This document shows positions 1 through 8,257 of a stretch of DNA of 32,000 nucleotides, in pieces (the stretch's first letter is position 1; every line of letters starts with the position of its first letter). Below the pieces are notes generated by a model. The model was not told the origin of the DNA. It saw only the letters and a program-made list of their open reading frames with translations, and did not search any database. A program made the translations under genes and the position numbers. The stretch comes from Gemmata obscuriglobus (GTDB taxonomy: Bacteria > Planctomycetota > Planctomycetia > Gemmatales > Gemmataceae): NCBI RefSeq assembly GCF_008065095.1, contig NZ_CP042911.1:6870001-6902000 (forward strand), read 5' to 3'.

Positions 1-27
1 ACCACCGATCCCAGACAGGCGCAACCC

Positions 28-1128
28 ATGCCACTGCCCCGCGCGACTCGCCCGATCCGCGTCGTCCTGGCGGACGACTCCGCGCTCATGCGCAAGAAGC
101 TCCGCGAGATCCTCGAGTCCGACCCGGCTCTTGAAGTGGTCGCCAGCGCGCGCGACGGCGCCGCCGCGGTCGACGCGGTGCGCGCGTTCGATCCGGACGT
201 GGTCACGCTCGACATCAACATGCCGGTCATGGACGGCGTGACCGCGCTCCAGACGATCATGAACGAGCTCCCGCGCCCGGTGCTCATGATCAGCTCGCTG
301 ACGCAAGAGGGGGCGCTGGCGACCTACGAGTGCCTCGAGCTGGGCGCGGTGGACGTCGTGCCCAAACTCGGGGGGACCATTTCCGCAGAAATCGAGCGCC
401 AGAGCCGCGAGATCATCGCGAAGGTAAAGGCCGCCGCCGGCGCGCGGGTGCGGCGGTCCGGGGCGAAGCGGCTCGCCCCCCAACCCCCGCCCCCGAAGCC
501 CGCCCCCGCCCCGCCCGCGCGCGCCGGGGGGGCCGGGGCGCACGCGGATCGGGTCGTCGCCATCGGCGTCTCGACCGGCGGACCGAAGACGCTCCAGGAG
601 GTGGTGCCGCTGCTCCCGCCGGACCTGCCCGCGGCGGTGGTGATCGTCCAGCACATGCCCGAGACGTTCACCGCGTCGTTCGCCCGGAGCCTCGGCCGCA
701 ACAGCCAGATGCCGGTGAAGGAGGCCGAGGCCGGTGACACCCTCCGGAACGGCCACGTCTACGTGGCCCGCGGCGGGAAGCACCTGATCTTCGCCGACCG
801 GCGGCCGGCGAACGGGGTGATGGTGCGGTACGTCAGCCAGCCGGCGGACGCGCTACACATCCCTTCGGTGGACGTGATGATGCACTCGGCGGTCGACGTG
901 TTCCGCTCGCAGGTCGTCGGCGTCCTGCTCACCGGGATGGGGAGCGACGGGGCCGACGGGATGGTGGCGATCCGCCGCGCGGGGGGCGAGACCATTGCCG
1001 AGGACGAGAGCACCTGTGTCGTGTTCGGGATGCCGGCCGTGGCGGCCGCGAAGGGGGGCGCGGCCCACGTGCTGCCGTGCCACGAGGTGGCCGCGAAAGT
1101 CGTGTCGTTGTTGCGCCGCAGCCGCTGA
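28..1128 (+). CDS. cheB: Chemotaxis protein-glutamate methylesterase CheB (receiver + methylesterase domains)
   Basis: 366-aa ORF. N-terminal receiver (VVLADDSALMRK, DVVTLDINMPVMDG), Pro/Ala-rich linker, and C-terminal methylesterase blocks (VVAIGVSTGGP, VIVQHMP, LTGMGSDG, VVFGMP). Confidence 0.9.
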   Translation: MPLPRATRPIRVVLADDSALMRKKLREILESDPALEVVASARDGAAAVDAVRAFDPDVVTLDINMPVMDGVTALQTIMNELPRPVLMISSLTQEGALATYECLELGAVDVVPKLGGTISAEIERQSREIIAKVKAAAGARVRRSGAKRLAPQPPPPKPAPAPPARAGGAGAHADRVVAIGVSTGGPKTLQEVVPLLPPDLPAAVVIVQHMPETFTASFARSLGRNSQMPVKEAEAGDTLRNGHVYVARGGKHLIFADRRPANGVMVRYVSQPADALHIPSVDVMMHSAVDVFRSQVVGVLLTGMGSDGADGMVAIRRAGGETIAEDESTCVVFGMPAVAAAKGGAAHVLPCHEVAAKVVSLLRRSR

Positions 1129-1140
1129 CTTGGAAAATCA

Positions 1141-2004
1141 ATGGACCTTCCGCCGGAAGAGTTCGCCCTGATCCGCGACCTGATCTACGCCCGCACCGGG
1201 CTGATGTTCGAGGACAAAAAGCGCTTGTTCCTGGCGCCCCGCGTGTCGCGCCGGGTGCGGGCCGCCCGGTGCAGCGGCCCGCGCGACTACTACCACCTGC
1301 TCCGGTACAGCGACCCCGACGGGCGCGAGTTCCAGGAGCTGGTGGACGAGGTGACCACCAACGAGACGTACTTCTTCCGCGACTACCCGCAGCTCGAGTT
1401 CTTCGCCAACGAGGTGCTGCCGCGGGTCGCGGACGCCAAGCGCGCCGCCCGCGACCACAGCCTGAACGTCTGGAGCGCGTGCTGCTCGACCGGCGACGAG
1501 CCGTACACGCTGGCCATCATTCTGGCCGCGTGCCTGGACGACTTCTCCCGGTGGGATGTCAAACTGGTGGGCACCGACATCGACACCAAGGTGCTCGCGA
1601 CCGCCCGCGCCGCGGTGTACGGCGAGCGGAACGTGAAGGACGTGGACCCGTCCTACCTCGGCAGGTACTTCGTCCCGACGCGCGGCGGGTACCGGGTCGC
1701 GGACCCGATCCGCCGGATGGTCGCGTTCGAGCGGGTGAACCTCGTGGACGACGACCGCATGAGCCGGCAGCGCGGGTTCGATTTTATCTTCTGCCGGAAC
1801 GCGCTCATTTACTTCGACGACGCCTCCCGGAAGCGGGTGCTGGCGTCGTTCCACGACGCCCTGCGGCCGGGCGGGTTCGTGTTCCTCGGCCACTCGGAAT
1901 CGGTGGGCCGGATCTCGCGGGCGTTCGAGCCGGTGCAGTTCGGCCCCGGCGGGGTGGCGTACCGCAAGCCCGGCGGGCACCGGCTCGCGGCGGCCCCCAC
2001 CTGA
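1141..2004 (+). CDS. cheR: Chemotaxis protein methyltransferase CheR
   Basis: 287-aa ORF starting 12 nt after the cheB stop. CheR-type blocks: ETYFFRDYPQLEFF, VWSACCSTGDEPYTLAI, GTDID, IFCRNALIYFD. Confidence 0.9.
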   Translation: MDLPPEEFALIRDLIYARTGLMFEDKKRLFLAPRVSRRVRAARCSGPRDYYHLLRYSDPDGREFQELVDEVTTNETYFFRDYPQLEFFANEVLPRVADAKRAARDHSLNVWSACCSTGDEPYTLAIILAACLDDFSRWDVKLVGTDIDTKVLATARAAVYGERNVKDVDPSYLGRYFVPTRGGYRVADPIRRMVAFERVNLVDDDRMSRQRGFDFIFCRNALIYFDDASRKRVLASFHDALRPGGFVFLGHSESVGRISRAFEPVQFGPGGVAYRKPGGHRLAAAPT

Positions 2005-2059
2005 CGCGGCCCGGGCCGCGCGTCACGCACCAGAGCATCAGGCGAAAGGCGATCCGCTC

Positions 2060-4447
2060 ATGACCCCGGTACCCGACGGCAACGAACTCCTCCCGCTGGC
2101 GGACCCGGTGGAACCCGTGAGCGGGTTCGCCGAGCGGGTCGGGGCGCTGGCGCGCAACGTCCTGCGCCTCGAAGACGGGACCGACCCGGGCGCCGCCGCC
2201 GCTGCCGCGGGGGACGCGCGGTGGCTCGCAGACGCGCTCGCGGGCGACGCCCCGTCCGCCGCCCGCCTCGCGGCCCTGCTCGCGTCGGTCACGGGCGACG
2301 TGCGCGACGCCCGCGTCGGTTGCGACCCCGGGCTGGCCGAAGCGCTGCTGACGGCGTCCGACGCGCTCGCGGGCGCCCCGGAAGACCGGGACCGCGCGCT
2401 CGCGGCACTTCAGGACGCGCGGGCGCGCGCGCCCGCGCCGCGGCCGGCGGTTACGAGCGCAGGGTGGCCGAACCCGGGCGGGCCGGTCGCCGCGGACGCG
2501 CTCGCGCAGTTCACGGCAGAGGCACTCGAGAGCCTGAGCGAGGCCGAAGCCGCGCTCCTCGATCTGGAAACGGGGACCGACCCGGCGGACGCGGTGCGCC
2601 GCCTGTTCCGCGCCGTTCACAGCATCAAGGGCACCGCCGACTACCTCGGGCTGGCGCAGATCCGCGCGCTGAGCCACAAGCTGGAAAACGTTCTGGAACT
2701 GGCCCGCAGCGGGGGCGCGGCGCTGGACGCGCCCGCGGCCGAGCTGGTGCTGCAAGGGGTCGACCACCTCAAGGCGATGGTCGCGGCCCTCACCCCCGCG
2801 GGCGAGGTGGCACGGGACATGAATGCGTTCGCCGCCGCGCTCGACGCACAGAGCGCCAGGGGCGCCACGGAGCCGGCCCCCGGCGCGCCACTGGACGCGC
2901 TCGCGGAAGAGCTGAAGGCCGCAGCCAACGGCTCGCGGGAGGGCCTCGCGCGGGTCCGCGCGGCGGCCGCGGCGCTCCCGGCCGAGCCCGCGGGCGAACT
3001 GCTGGCGCTCCTCGACCACCTGTCCGCGGCCCGCGAACGGCTGGTCGCGGCGTTCGAACCAGACGAACCGGAACCGGTTTTGGTAGCCCCCCCACCGCAA
3101 CAGCAACCCGCGGCGGCACCGCCGCCCGCGGCGAACTTGGTGCCGAAGGCCGCGCCCCCCGATCCGGCGGCCGGGGCCAACAAGGCCGCGCCCGCCGCCA
3201 AAACCATGCGCGTCGACCAGCGCAAGCTGGACGAGTACGTGAACCTCGCGGGCGAACTGGTGATCGCACGCAACGCGCTCGTCCACGCGCACCGGTGCTT
3301 CCAAACCGACCGGGCGGCGCGCGCCGTTCTGAAGGACGCGATCGACAAGGTGTGCCGGATCGTCGGCGACGTGCAGAACAACGCGATGGCGATGCGCATG
3401 GTGCCCGTCGGGACGATCTTTCAGCGGTTCCCGCGCCTCGTCCGCGACGTGGCCAAAAGCCTCGCGAAGCAGATCGAGTTGAGGCTCGAGGGCGAAGACA
3501 CCGAACTCGATAAGCAGGTGGCCGAAGCGCTCAGCGACCCGCTGGTTCACCTCGTCAGGAACGCGGCCGACCACGGGATCGAGGCGCCCGACCGCCGCGC
3601 CGCGGCGGGCAAACCGGTCGCGGGCACGGTCACCCTCCGCGCGGGCCGCGAGGGGAACGCCATCGTCATCGACGTGCAGGACGACGGCGGCGGGATCGAC
3701 CCCGAGCGCGTGAAGGCGAAAGCCGTCGCGATGGGCGTGCTCACGGCGGACCAGGCCGCGGCCCTGTCGCGCGAGCAGGCGCTGCAACTGATCTTCGCCC
3801 CGGGGCTGAGTACGGCCGCGGTGGTCAGCGACCTGTCCGGGCGGGGCGTCGGCATGGACGTGGTGAAGAGCAACATCGCGGCCCTGGGCGGCGCGGTCAC
3901 GGTGCATTCGCAACCCGGCGCGGGCACGCGCGTCCGGCTCACGCTGCCGCTGACCCTCGCGGTCACGACCGTGGTGCTGGTCGAGTCCGGCGGAACGCTG
4001 TTCGGCGTTCCGATCGATGCGGTTCAGGAAACGCTGAAGGTCGAGCCGGACGGGTTCCGGCAGCTCCGCGGCGTCCGGGCGGTGTCGTTGCGCGGCGCGG
4101 TTACGCCGGTGAAGTCGCTCGCGGCCCTGATCGGCCTCGACGCGCCCGAAGCCGCCGGCCCCCGGGACCGCGTGCCGGTCGTGGTACTGAACGTGGCGGG
4201 GGCGCGGTTCGGGGTCGCGGTGGACTCGTTCCGCGGGCAGCAGGAAATCGTGCTGAAGCCGGTCCCGCCGCTGCTGGGGCACCTCGAAGGGGTGGGCGGG
4301 GCGACAATCATGGGCGACGGGGGCGTCGTTCTGATCCTCGACCCGATGGGGCTGTACCGCCTCGCGCTCGATGACCGTGACGGCCCCGGGCACCACACCC
4401 GGGCTCTGACGTCTGCGCTCAGCTCGTTGGAAGCGGTCGGTCACTGA
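2060..4447 (+). CDS. cheA: Chemotaxis histidine kinase CheA (Hpt, dimerisation, HATPase, CheW-like domains; no obvious P2)
   Basis: 795-aa ORF. Hpt motif FRAVHSIKGTADYLGL, kinase blocks (HLVRNAADHGIE, DDGGGID, GRGVGMDVV, GAGTRV) and a C-terminal CheW-like domain (LFGVPIDAV ... VLILDP). Has a long Ala-rich N-terminal extension and an Ala/Pro linker, so the exact start is uncertain. Confidence 0.9.
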   Translation: MTPVPDGNELLPLADPVEPVSGFAERVGALARNVLRLEDGTDPGAAAAAAGDARWLADALAGDAPSAARLAALLASVTGDVRDARVGCDPGLAEALLTASDALAGAPEDRDRALAALQDARARAPAPRPAVTSAGWPNPGGPVAADALAQFTAEALESLSEAEAALLDLETGTDPADAVRRLFRAVHSIKGTADYLGLAQIRALSHKLENVLELARSGGAALDAPAAELVLQGVDHLKAMVAALTPAGEVARDMNAFAAALDAQSARGATEPAPGAPLDALAEELKAAANGSREGLARVRAAAAALPAEPAGELLALLDHLSAARERLVAAFEPDEPEPVLVAPPPQQQPAAAPPPAANLVPKAAPPDPAAGANKAAPAAKTMRVDQRKLDEYVNLAGELVIARNALVHAHRCFQTDRAARAVLKDAIDKVCRIVGDVQNNAMAMRMVPVGTIFQRFPRLVRDVAKSLAKQIELRLEGEDTELDKQVAEALSDPLVHLVRNAADHGIEAPDRRAAAGKPVAGTVTLRAGREGNAIVIDVQDDGGGIDPERVKAKAVAMGVLTADQAAALSREQALQLIFAPGLSTAAVVSDLSGRGVGMDVVKSNIAALGGAVTVHSQPGAGTRVRLTLPLTLAVTTVVLVESGGTLFGVPIDAVQETLKVEPDGFRQLRGVRAVSLRGAVTPVKSLAALIGLDAPEAAGPRDRVPVVVLNVAGARFGVAVDSFRGQQEIVLKPVPPLLGHLEGVGGATIMGDGGVVLILDPMGLYRLALDDRDGPGHHTRALTSALSSLEAVGH

Positions 4448-4494
4448 GCACCTGCACTCAGAGACGGGCAAACTCGGCCCGCCGCGAGCCGCAC

Positions 4495-4531
4495 GCTCCT
4501 CCATACCGCCCCCCAGGCGGCTTGGAGGAGC
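4495..4531 (+). terminator. Nested GC-rich hairpin downstream of cheA (possible terminator)
   Basis: GCTCCTCCA-ta-CCGCC-cccca-GGCGG-ct-TGGAGGAGC, 48 nt after the cheA stop. No U-tract follows, so function is uncertain. Confidence 0.35.
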
Positions 4532-5025
4532 GGCGGCCCGTGTACTCCGCAAAGAAGACCATCTCAGCACCTCGTCGAGCGCCTTGCATCACCCGCGACG
4601 GCCGGCGGCCAGCACGGCCACGGTCGGGGGTCGAACGGTGAACGTGGTACTGGCCCCAGGTTCCCCTCTTCACCCCGTTGACCGCCCCGTACATGACCGC
4701 CAGTCCGAGCCCGTTCCCTTACCTCCCCACGCCGCACCCAACGGCCTCATGAGCCGCGAGCGTTCACACCCAATACCGCAAGCGGAGCGGTAGCCGGCCC
4801 GCACAACCGGCACAATCAGAGTTTCGCGTCTCGACTTACCCAAGCAGAGAAAGCGTGGCTACCGCGGCAGCGTGAAAAGACCGTGTTAAGCGGCCGAAGG
4901 ACTCGACCAACACGATTATGTGTAATAACTTGCACCTCAGCTTGCGCAACTTGCCGATTTCCCTCAATCGCACGGCGTGAGCGGCCCGACAAACACACCC
5001 AAACGCAGCACCACGAGACGGCACC

Positions 5026-8000
5026 ATGTTGCATCGCATTTTCGGACGCCGTTACAAGGATGTTCTCATGGACCTCGACCGTCTGCCCTCACGCCAGCCG
5101 CGCACCGCGCGGCTCGGGTGCGAGGTGCTCGAACAGCGAGACAACCCGGCCGCGTTCTACGTCGTGCCGGGCGTTGAGGGCTCGACCACCGCGCTCGACT
5201 TCAGTTGGGTCGGACGGGACTCGGCGTTCTTCAGCGAAATCGGTGTGTACGAGGTCGACGACGCGAACGGCACGGTCGACGGGGTGTCACCACTCGACCC
5301 GAACTACGCGGCGACGGTACTGGCGAACGTTACTCCCGTGTTCACCCGCGGACAAACCAAAGGTGCGCGGAACTCCGAGAGCTTTGCCGCCGGCACCGTA
5401 CTCGGCTTTTACATGGTGCAGAACAGCACCCTCGCCACGGCGCGGGCGTTCAACCCGGCCAACCTCGCGATCAACGGCCCGGTCGTGTTCTTCTCGTTCT
5501 TCGGCGGCCCCGACCTGACGGACCACGCCCAAGCCTCGTACCAGGGTAACCAGGCTGTCGTGCGGTTCGAGGACGGGCTGCGCGGCGGGGACCGCGACTT
5601 CAACGACGCCGTAATCAAGGTGCAACCGCTGACCCAGAACCTGGTTCCGGGCGGCACCGGGCAGGTGACCCCGACCGCGTTCCGGCTGAACCGCCGCGAC
5701 CCCGGAACCGGCGAGATCGGGGTGTACCAGTTCGACGACGCGATCGGCACGGTGGACGGGGTGCGTCCGGGCGACGCGGGGTACGCTGCGGCGGTGGCCC
5801 GGAGCGCGAAGCGCACGGTGCTGTTCTCGCCGCTCACCGGCGCAGGCGCCGTAGCCGGCGCCAACCTGCCCGCCAGCGGCAACTACGGCTTCTACATGAT
5901 CCGCGGGATCACCGCCGAGCAGTTCCTCCAGGTGAACCCGACCAACCACACCGGTTTCAACCTGCCGGTGATGTTCTTCTCGCAATCGAACGCCAACCCG
6001 GACAGCACGGTCCACGTCCGGCAGAGCCCGAACACCCTGCACTTCGAGGACGGGCTCAACGGCGGGGACCAGGACTTCAACGACGCGGTCGTGTCGTTCG
6101 TGTACGGCACCCCGTTCAGCCTCCCCGTCCCGCCGGCCAGCCCGCCCCCGCCGGCAAGCCCGCCCCCGCCCCCGCCGCCGCCCCCGCCCGAAGCGGCCGC
6201 CCCGACGGTCACCGCGGCGCTGACAACCGACACAGCCGACCCGACCCGACCGGCTACGGCAACCGACGGCGTGACCGCCACGCTGGGCGTGACCGGGAGC
6301 GCCACCGATACCGACGGGGTCGCGACCCTGGAGGCCCGGCTCGGCACCACCGGGGCGTTTACCAACATCACGTCGGCCCTCGCCAACGGCACGTACACGA
6401 TCAGCGCGACGCTGTTCCAGACGCTCAACGGCGGCGTCGCCCTGCCGGACGGGACCTACGCGGTGCAGGTGCGGGCGACCGACGCGCAGGGCAACACGTC
6501 GGCCCCGACGACGCTCACGTTCACGCTGGCCCGGTCGGTGACCACAAACCTGCTGTTGGACGCGGCGACTGACACCGGCTTCCAGGGCGATTTCCGCACG
6601 GAAACGCAGACCGTCACGCTCCGCGGGACGACCCGGGCCGGGGCGACCGTGGTGCTCGAGCGGCAGACCCCGGCGGCGAGTCCGACCGGCGCCCCGGTGC
6701 GCACGCAGATCACCTCGACCACCGCCGACCCCAACGGGACGTACACGTTCAACCTTACCGGGACCGACGCGCTCAATGTGGGGCCGAACGGGTACCGCGT
6801 GCGCGTCACCGACGGGGCGGGTAACACCGCCAGCGCGGCGGCCACAATCACCCTCAACCAGGCGCCGCTGGCCCTCAACCCGACCGCGACCCCGGTCGCC
6901 GGCACGGTCGGTGGCAACCAGACGCTCGACCTGAACACGTTCTTCACCGACGCGGACACCAACCAGTACGCGCGGATCACCACTAACCTGCCCGGTAACC
7001 CGGTCATTACGGTGCAGTTGTTCAACGGGGCCACCCCGACCCACGTGGCGAACTTCCTGGCCTACGCGAACGCGAACGCCTACGACAGTTCGTTCATCCA
7101 CCGCACAGATTCGTCGCCGGCAGTTGTCCAGGGCGGCGGGTTCGAGTTCCGCCCACCGACGACCGCCACCATCACCAACGCGACGTGGGCCGCCGGGGTT
7201 GCCACCGTCACCACCGCCACCGCTCACAACCTGAAGGACGGGCAGACGGTGACCGTCGCGGGGGTGAACATCACCGGGTACAACGGCACGTACACGGTGG
7301 CCGTGGTGGACGCGACCACGTTCCGGTATACGCTGGCCGCGGACCCGGTCGGTACCGGCAACACCGGGACCAGCACCGGCGCGAACTTTGCCGTCGTCGG
7401 CGGGCTGCTCGACATCACCAACGCGACCTGGGCCGCCGGGGTCGCCACCATCACCACCGGCACCGCACACAACCTGAGCGTGGGGCAGGTGGTCTCGATC
7501 AACGGGGCACTGAGCACCGGCACCGGCACCGGGTTCAACGACGGGGGCACGATCTACACCGTCACCAGCGTGATCGACCCGACGACCTTCACGTACGCGC
7601 TCGCCACGAACCCTGGGACTTACGTGGGCGGCGGGAGCGTGGCGGCGGGCGTAACCAACGAGCCGTGGCTGCCCAACAGCACGGGCACGCTCGCGCTGGC
7701 CAAGCGCGGCGGCAACGTCAGCAGCGGCACCAACCAGTTCTACTTCAACACGGGGGACAACTCGAACGGCGGAGCGGCCCTGGACGATCAAGGGTTCACG
7801 GTGTTCGGCCAGGTGGTCGGCAACGGGCAGGCGACGCTCGACGCGATCGCGGCGCTGACGCAGAAGGACTTCTCGGCCGCCAACGGCGCCTTCGGGAGCG
7901 TGCCGGTGCAGAACGGGGCGGTCAACTCGCTACCGAACGCCACCGCCAACGATCTGGTGCGGTTCACCGACATCTCCGTGGTCACGAACCCGCTCACGTA

Positions 8001-8160
8001 CAGCGCGGTCAGCTCGGACACGGGCGTGGTAACGGCGACGGTGACCAACAACAACATGACGCTCAACTTCGTCGGCTCGGGCACCGCAACGGTCACCGCG
8101 ACCGCGACGGACCCGGACGGCGCAACGGTGACGTACCAGTTCACCGTGACCGTCCCGTAA
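5026..8160 (+). CDS. Large exported multidomain protein: 2x DUF4114-like, Pro-rich linker, Ig-like repeats, cyclophilin-type PPIase interrupted by two beta-rich repeats, C-terminal Ig-like domain
   Basis: 1044-aa ORF.
- N-terminus: LGCEVLEQRDNPAAF motif typical of planctomycete secreted proteins.
- Two DUF4114-like units ending FEDGLRGGDRDFNDAVIKV and FEDGLNGGDQDFNDAVVSF.
- PPPASPPPPPPPPPP linker.
- Ig-like units (VRATDAQGNTSAPTTLTFTL, VRVTDGAGNTASAAATITL).
- Cyclophilin blocks FIHRTDSSPAVVQGGGF ... GTLALAKRGGNVSSGTNQFYFN ... DDQGFTVFGQVV.
- The start could instead be the Met at 5068. Confidence 0.8.
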   Translation: MLHRIFGRRYKDVLMDLDRLPSRQPRTARLGCEVLEQRDNPAAFYVVPGVEGSTTALDFSWVGRDSAFFSEIGVYEVDDANGTVDGVSPLDPNYAATVLANVTPVFTRGQTKGARNSESFAAGTVLGFYMVQNSTLATARAFNPANLAINGPVVFFSFFGGPDLTDHAQASYQGNQAVVRFEDGLRGGDRDFNDAVIKVQPLTQNLVPGGTGQVTPTAFRLNRRDPGTGEIGVYQFDDAIGTVDGVRPGDAGYAAAVARSAKRTVLFSPLTGAGAVAGANLPASGNYGFYMIRGITAEQFLQVNPTNHTGFNLPVMFFSQSNANPDSTVHVRQSPNTLHFEDGLNGGDQDFNDAVVSFVYGTPFSLPVPPASPPPPASPPPPPPPPPPEAAAPTVTAALTTDTADPTRPATATDGVTATLGVTGSATDTDGVATLEARLGTTGAFTNITSALANGTYTISATLFQTLNGGVALPDGTYAVQVRATDAQGNTSAPTTLTFTLARSVTTNLLLDAATDTGFQGDFRTETQTVTLRGTTRAGATVVLERQTPAASPTGAPVRTQITSTTADPNGTYTFNLTGTDALNVGPNGYRVRVTDGAGNTASAAATITLNQAPLALNPTATPVAGTVGGNQTLDLNTFFTDADTNQYARITTNLPGNPVITVQLFNGATPTHVANFLAYANANAYDSSFIHRTDSSPAVVQGGGFEFRPPTTATITNATWAAGVATVTTATAHNLKDGQTVTVAGVNITGYNGTYTVAVVDATTFRYTLAADPVGTGNTGTSTGANFAVVGGLLDITNATWAAGVATITTGTAHNLSVGQVVSINGALSTGTGTGFNDGGTIYTVTSVIDPTTFTYALATNPGTYVGGGSVAAGVTNEPWLPNSTGTLALAKRGGNVSSGTNQFYFNTGDNSNGGAALDDQGFTVFGQVVGNGQATLDAIAALTQKDFSAANGAFGSVPVQNGAVNSLPNATANDLVRFTDISVVTNPLTYSAVSSDTGVVTATVTNNNMTLNFVGSGTATVTATATDPDGATVTYQFTVTVP
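7171..7613 (+). repeat. Two tandem ~60-67-aa coding repeats inserted inside the cyclophilin fold
   Basis: 7171-7346 and 7414-7613 both begin ATCACCAACGCGAC(G/C)TGGGCCGCCGGGGT. They encode ITNATWAAGVAT(V/I)TT(A/G)TAHNL..GQ.V.(V/I)...........Y(T/-)V..V.D.TTF.Y.LA. Confidence 0.85.
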
Positions 8161-8184
8161 CGGCGTGCGGGTGAGCGCACGAAC

Positions 8185-8224
8185 GCGTGCGGGCCGGGAG
8201 ACGGATGCCTCCCGGCCCGCACGC
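8185..8224. terminator. Bidirectional hairpin between convergent genes
   Basis: Perfect 16-bp stem GCGTGCGGGCCGGGAG / CTCCCGGCCCGCACGC with an 8-nt loop, lying between the stops at 8160 (+) and 8258 (-). Confidence 0.55.
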
Positions 8225-8257
8225 CTCTCCGAACGGTAGCCGAGCCCGACGCGCCGC

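Noticed and set aside
1805-4570. 921-aa minus-strand ORF spanning cheR/cheA, plus smaller overlapping ORFs at 2221-3513 and 2641-3399.
   Set aside because: It is antisense or off-frame to clearly recognisable chemotaxis genes. The Arg/Gly/Pro/Ala-dominated composition is typical of stop-poor shadow frames in high-GC DNA, and no motif is recognisable.
5287-7791. 834-aa minus-strand ORF inside the large exported-protein gene, plus the plus-strand ORF at 7185-8174.
   Set aside because: Shadow frames of the 5026-8160 gene, which has clear DUF4114/Ig/cyclophilin motifs. The composition is Arg/Gly-rich with no domain signature.
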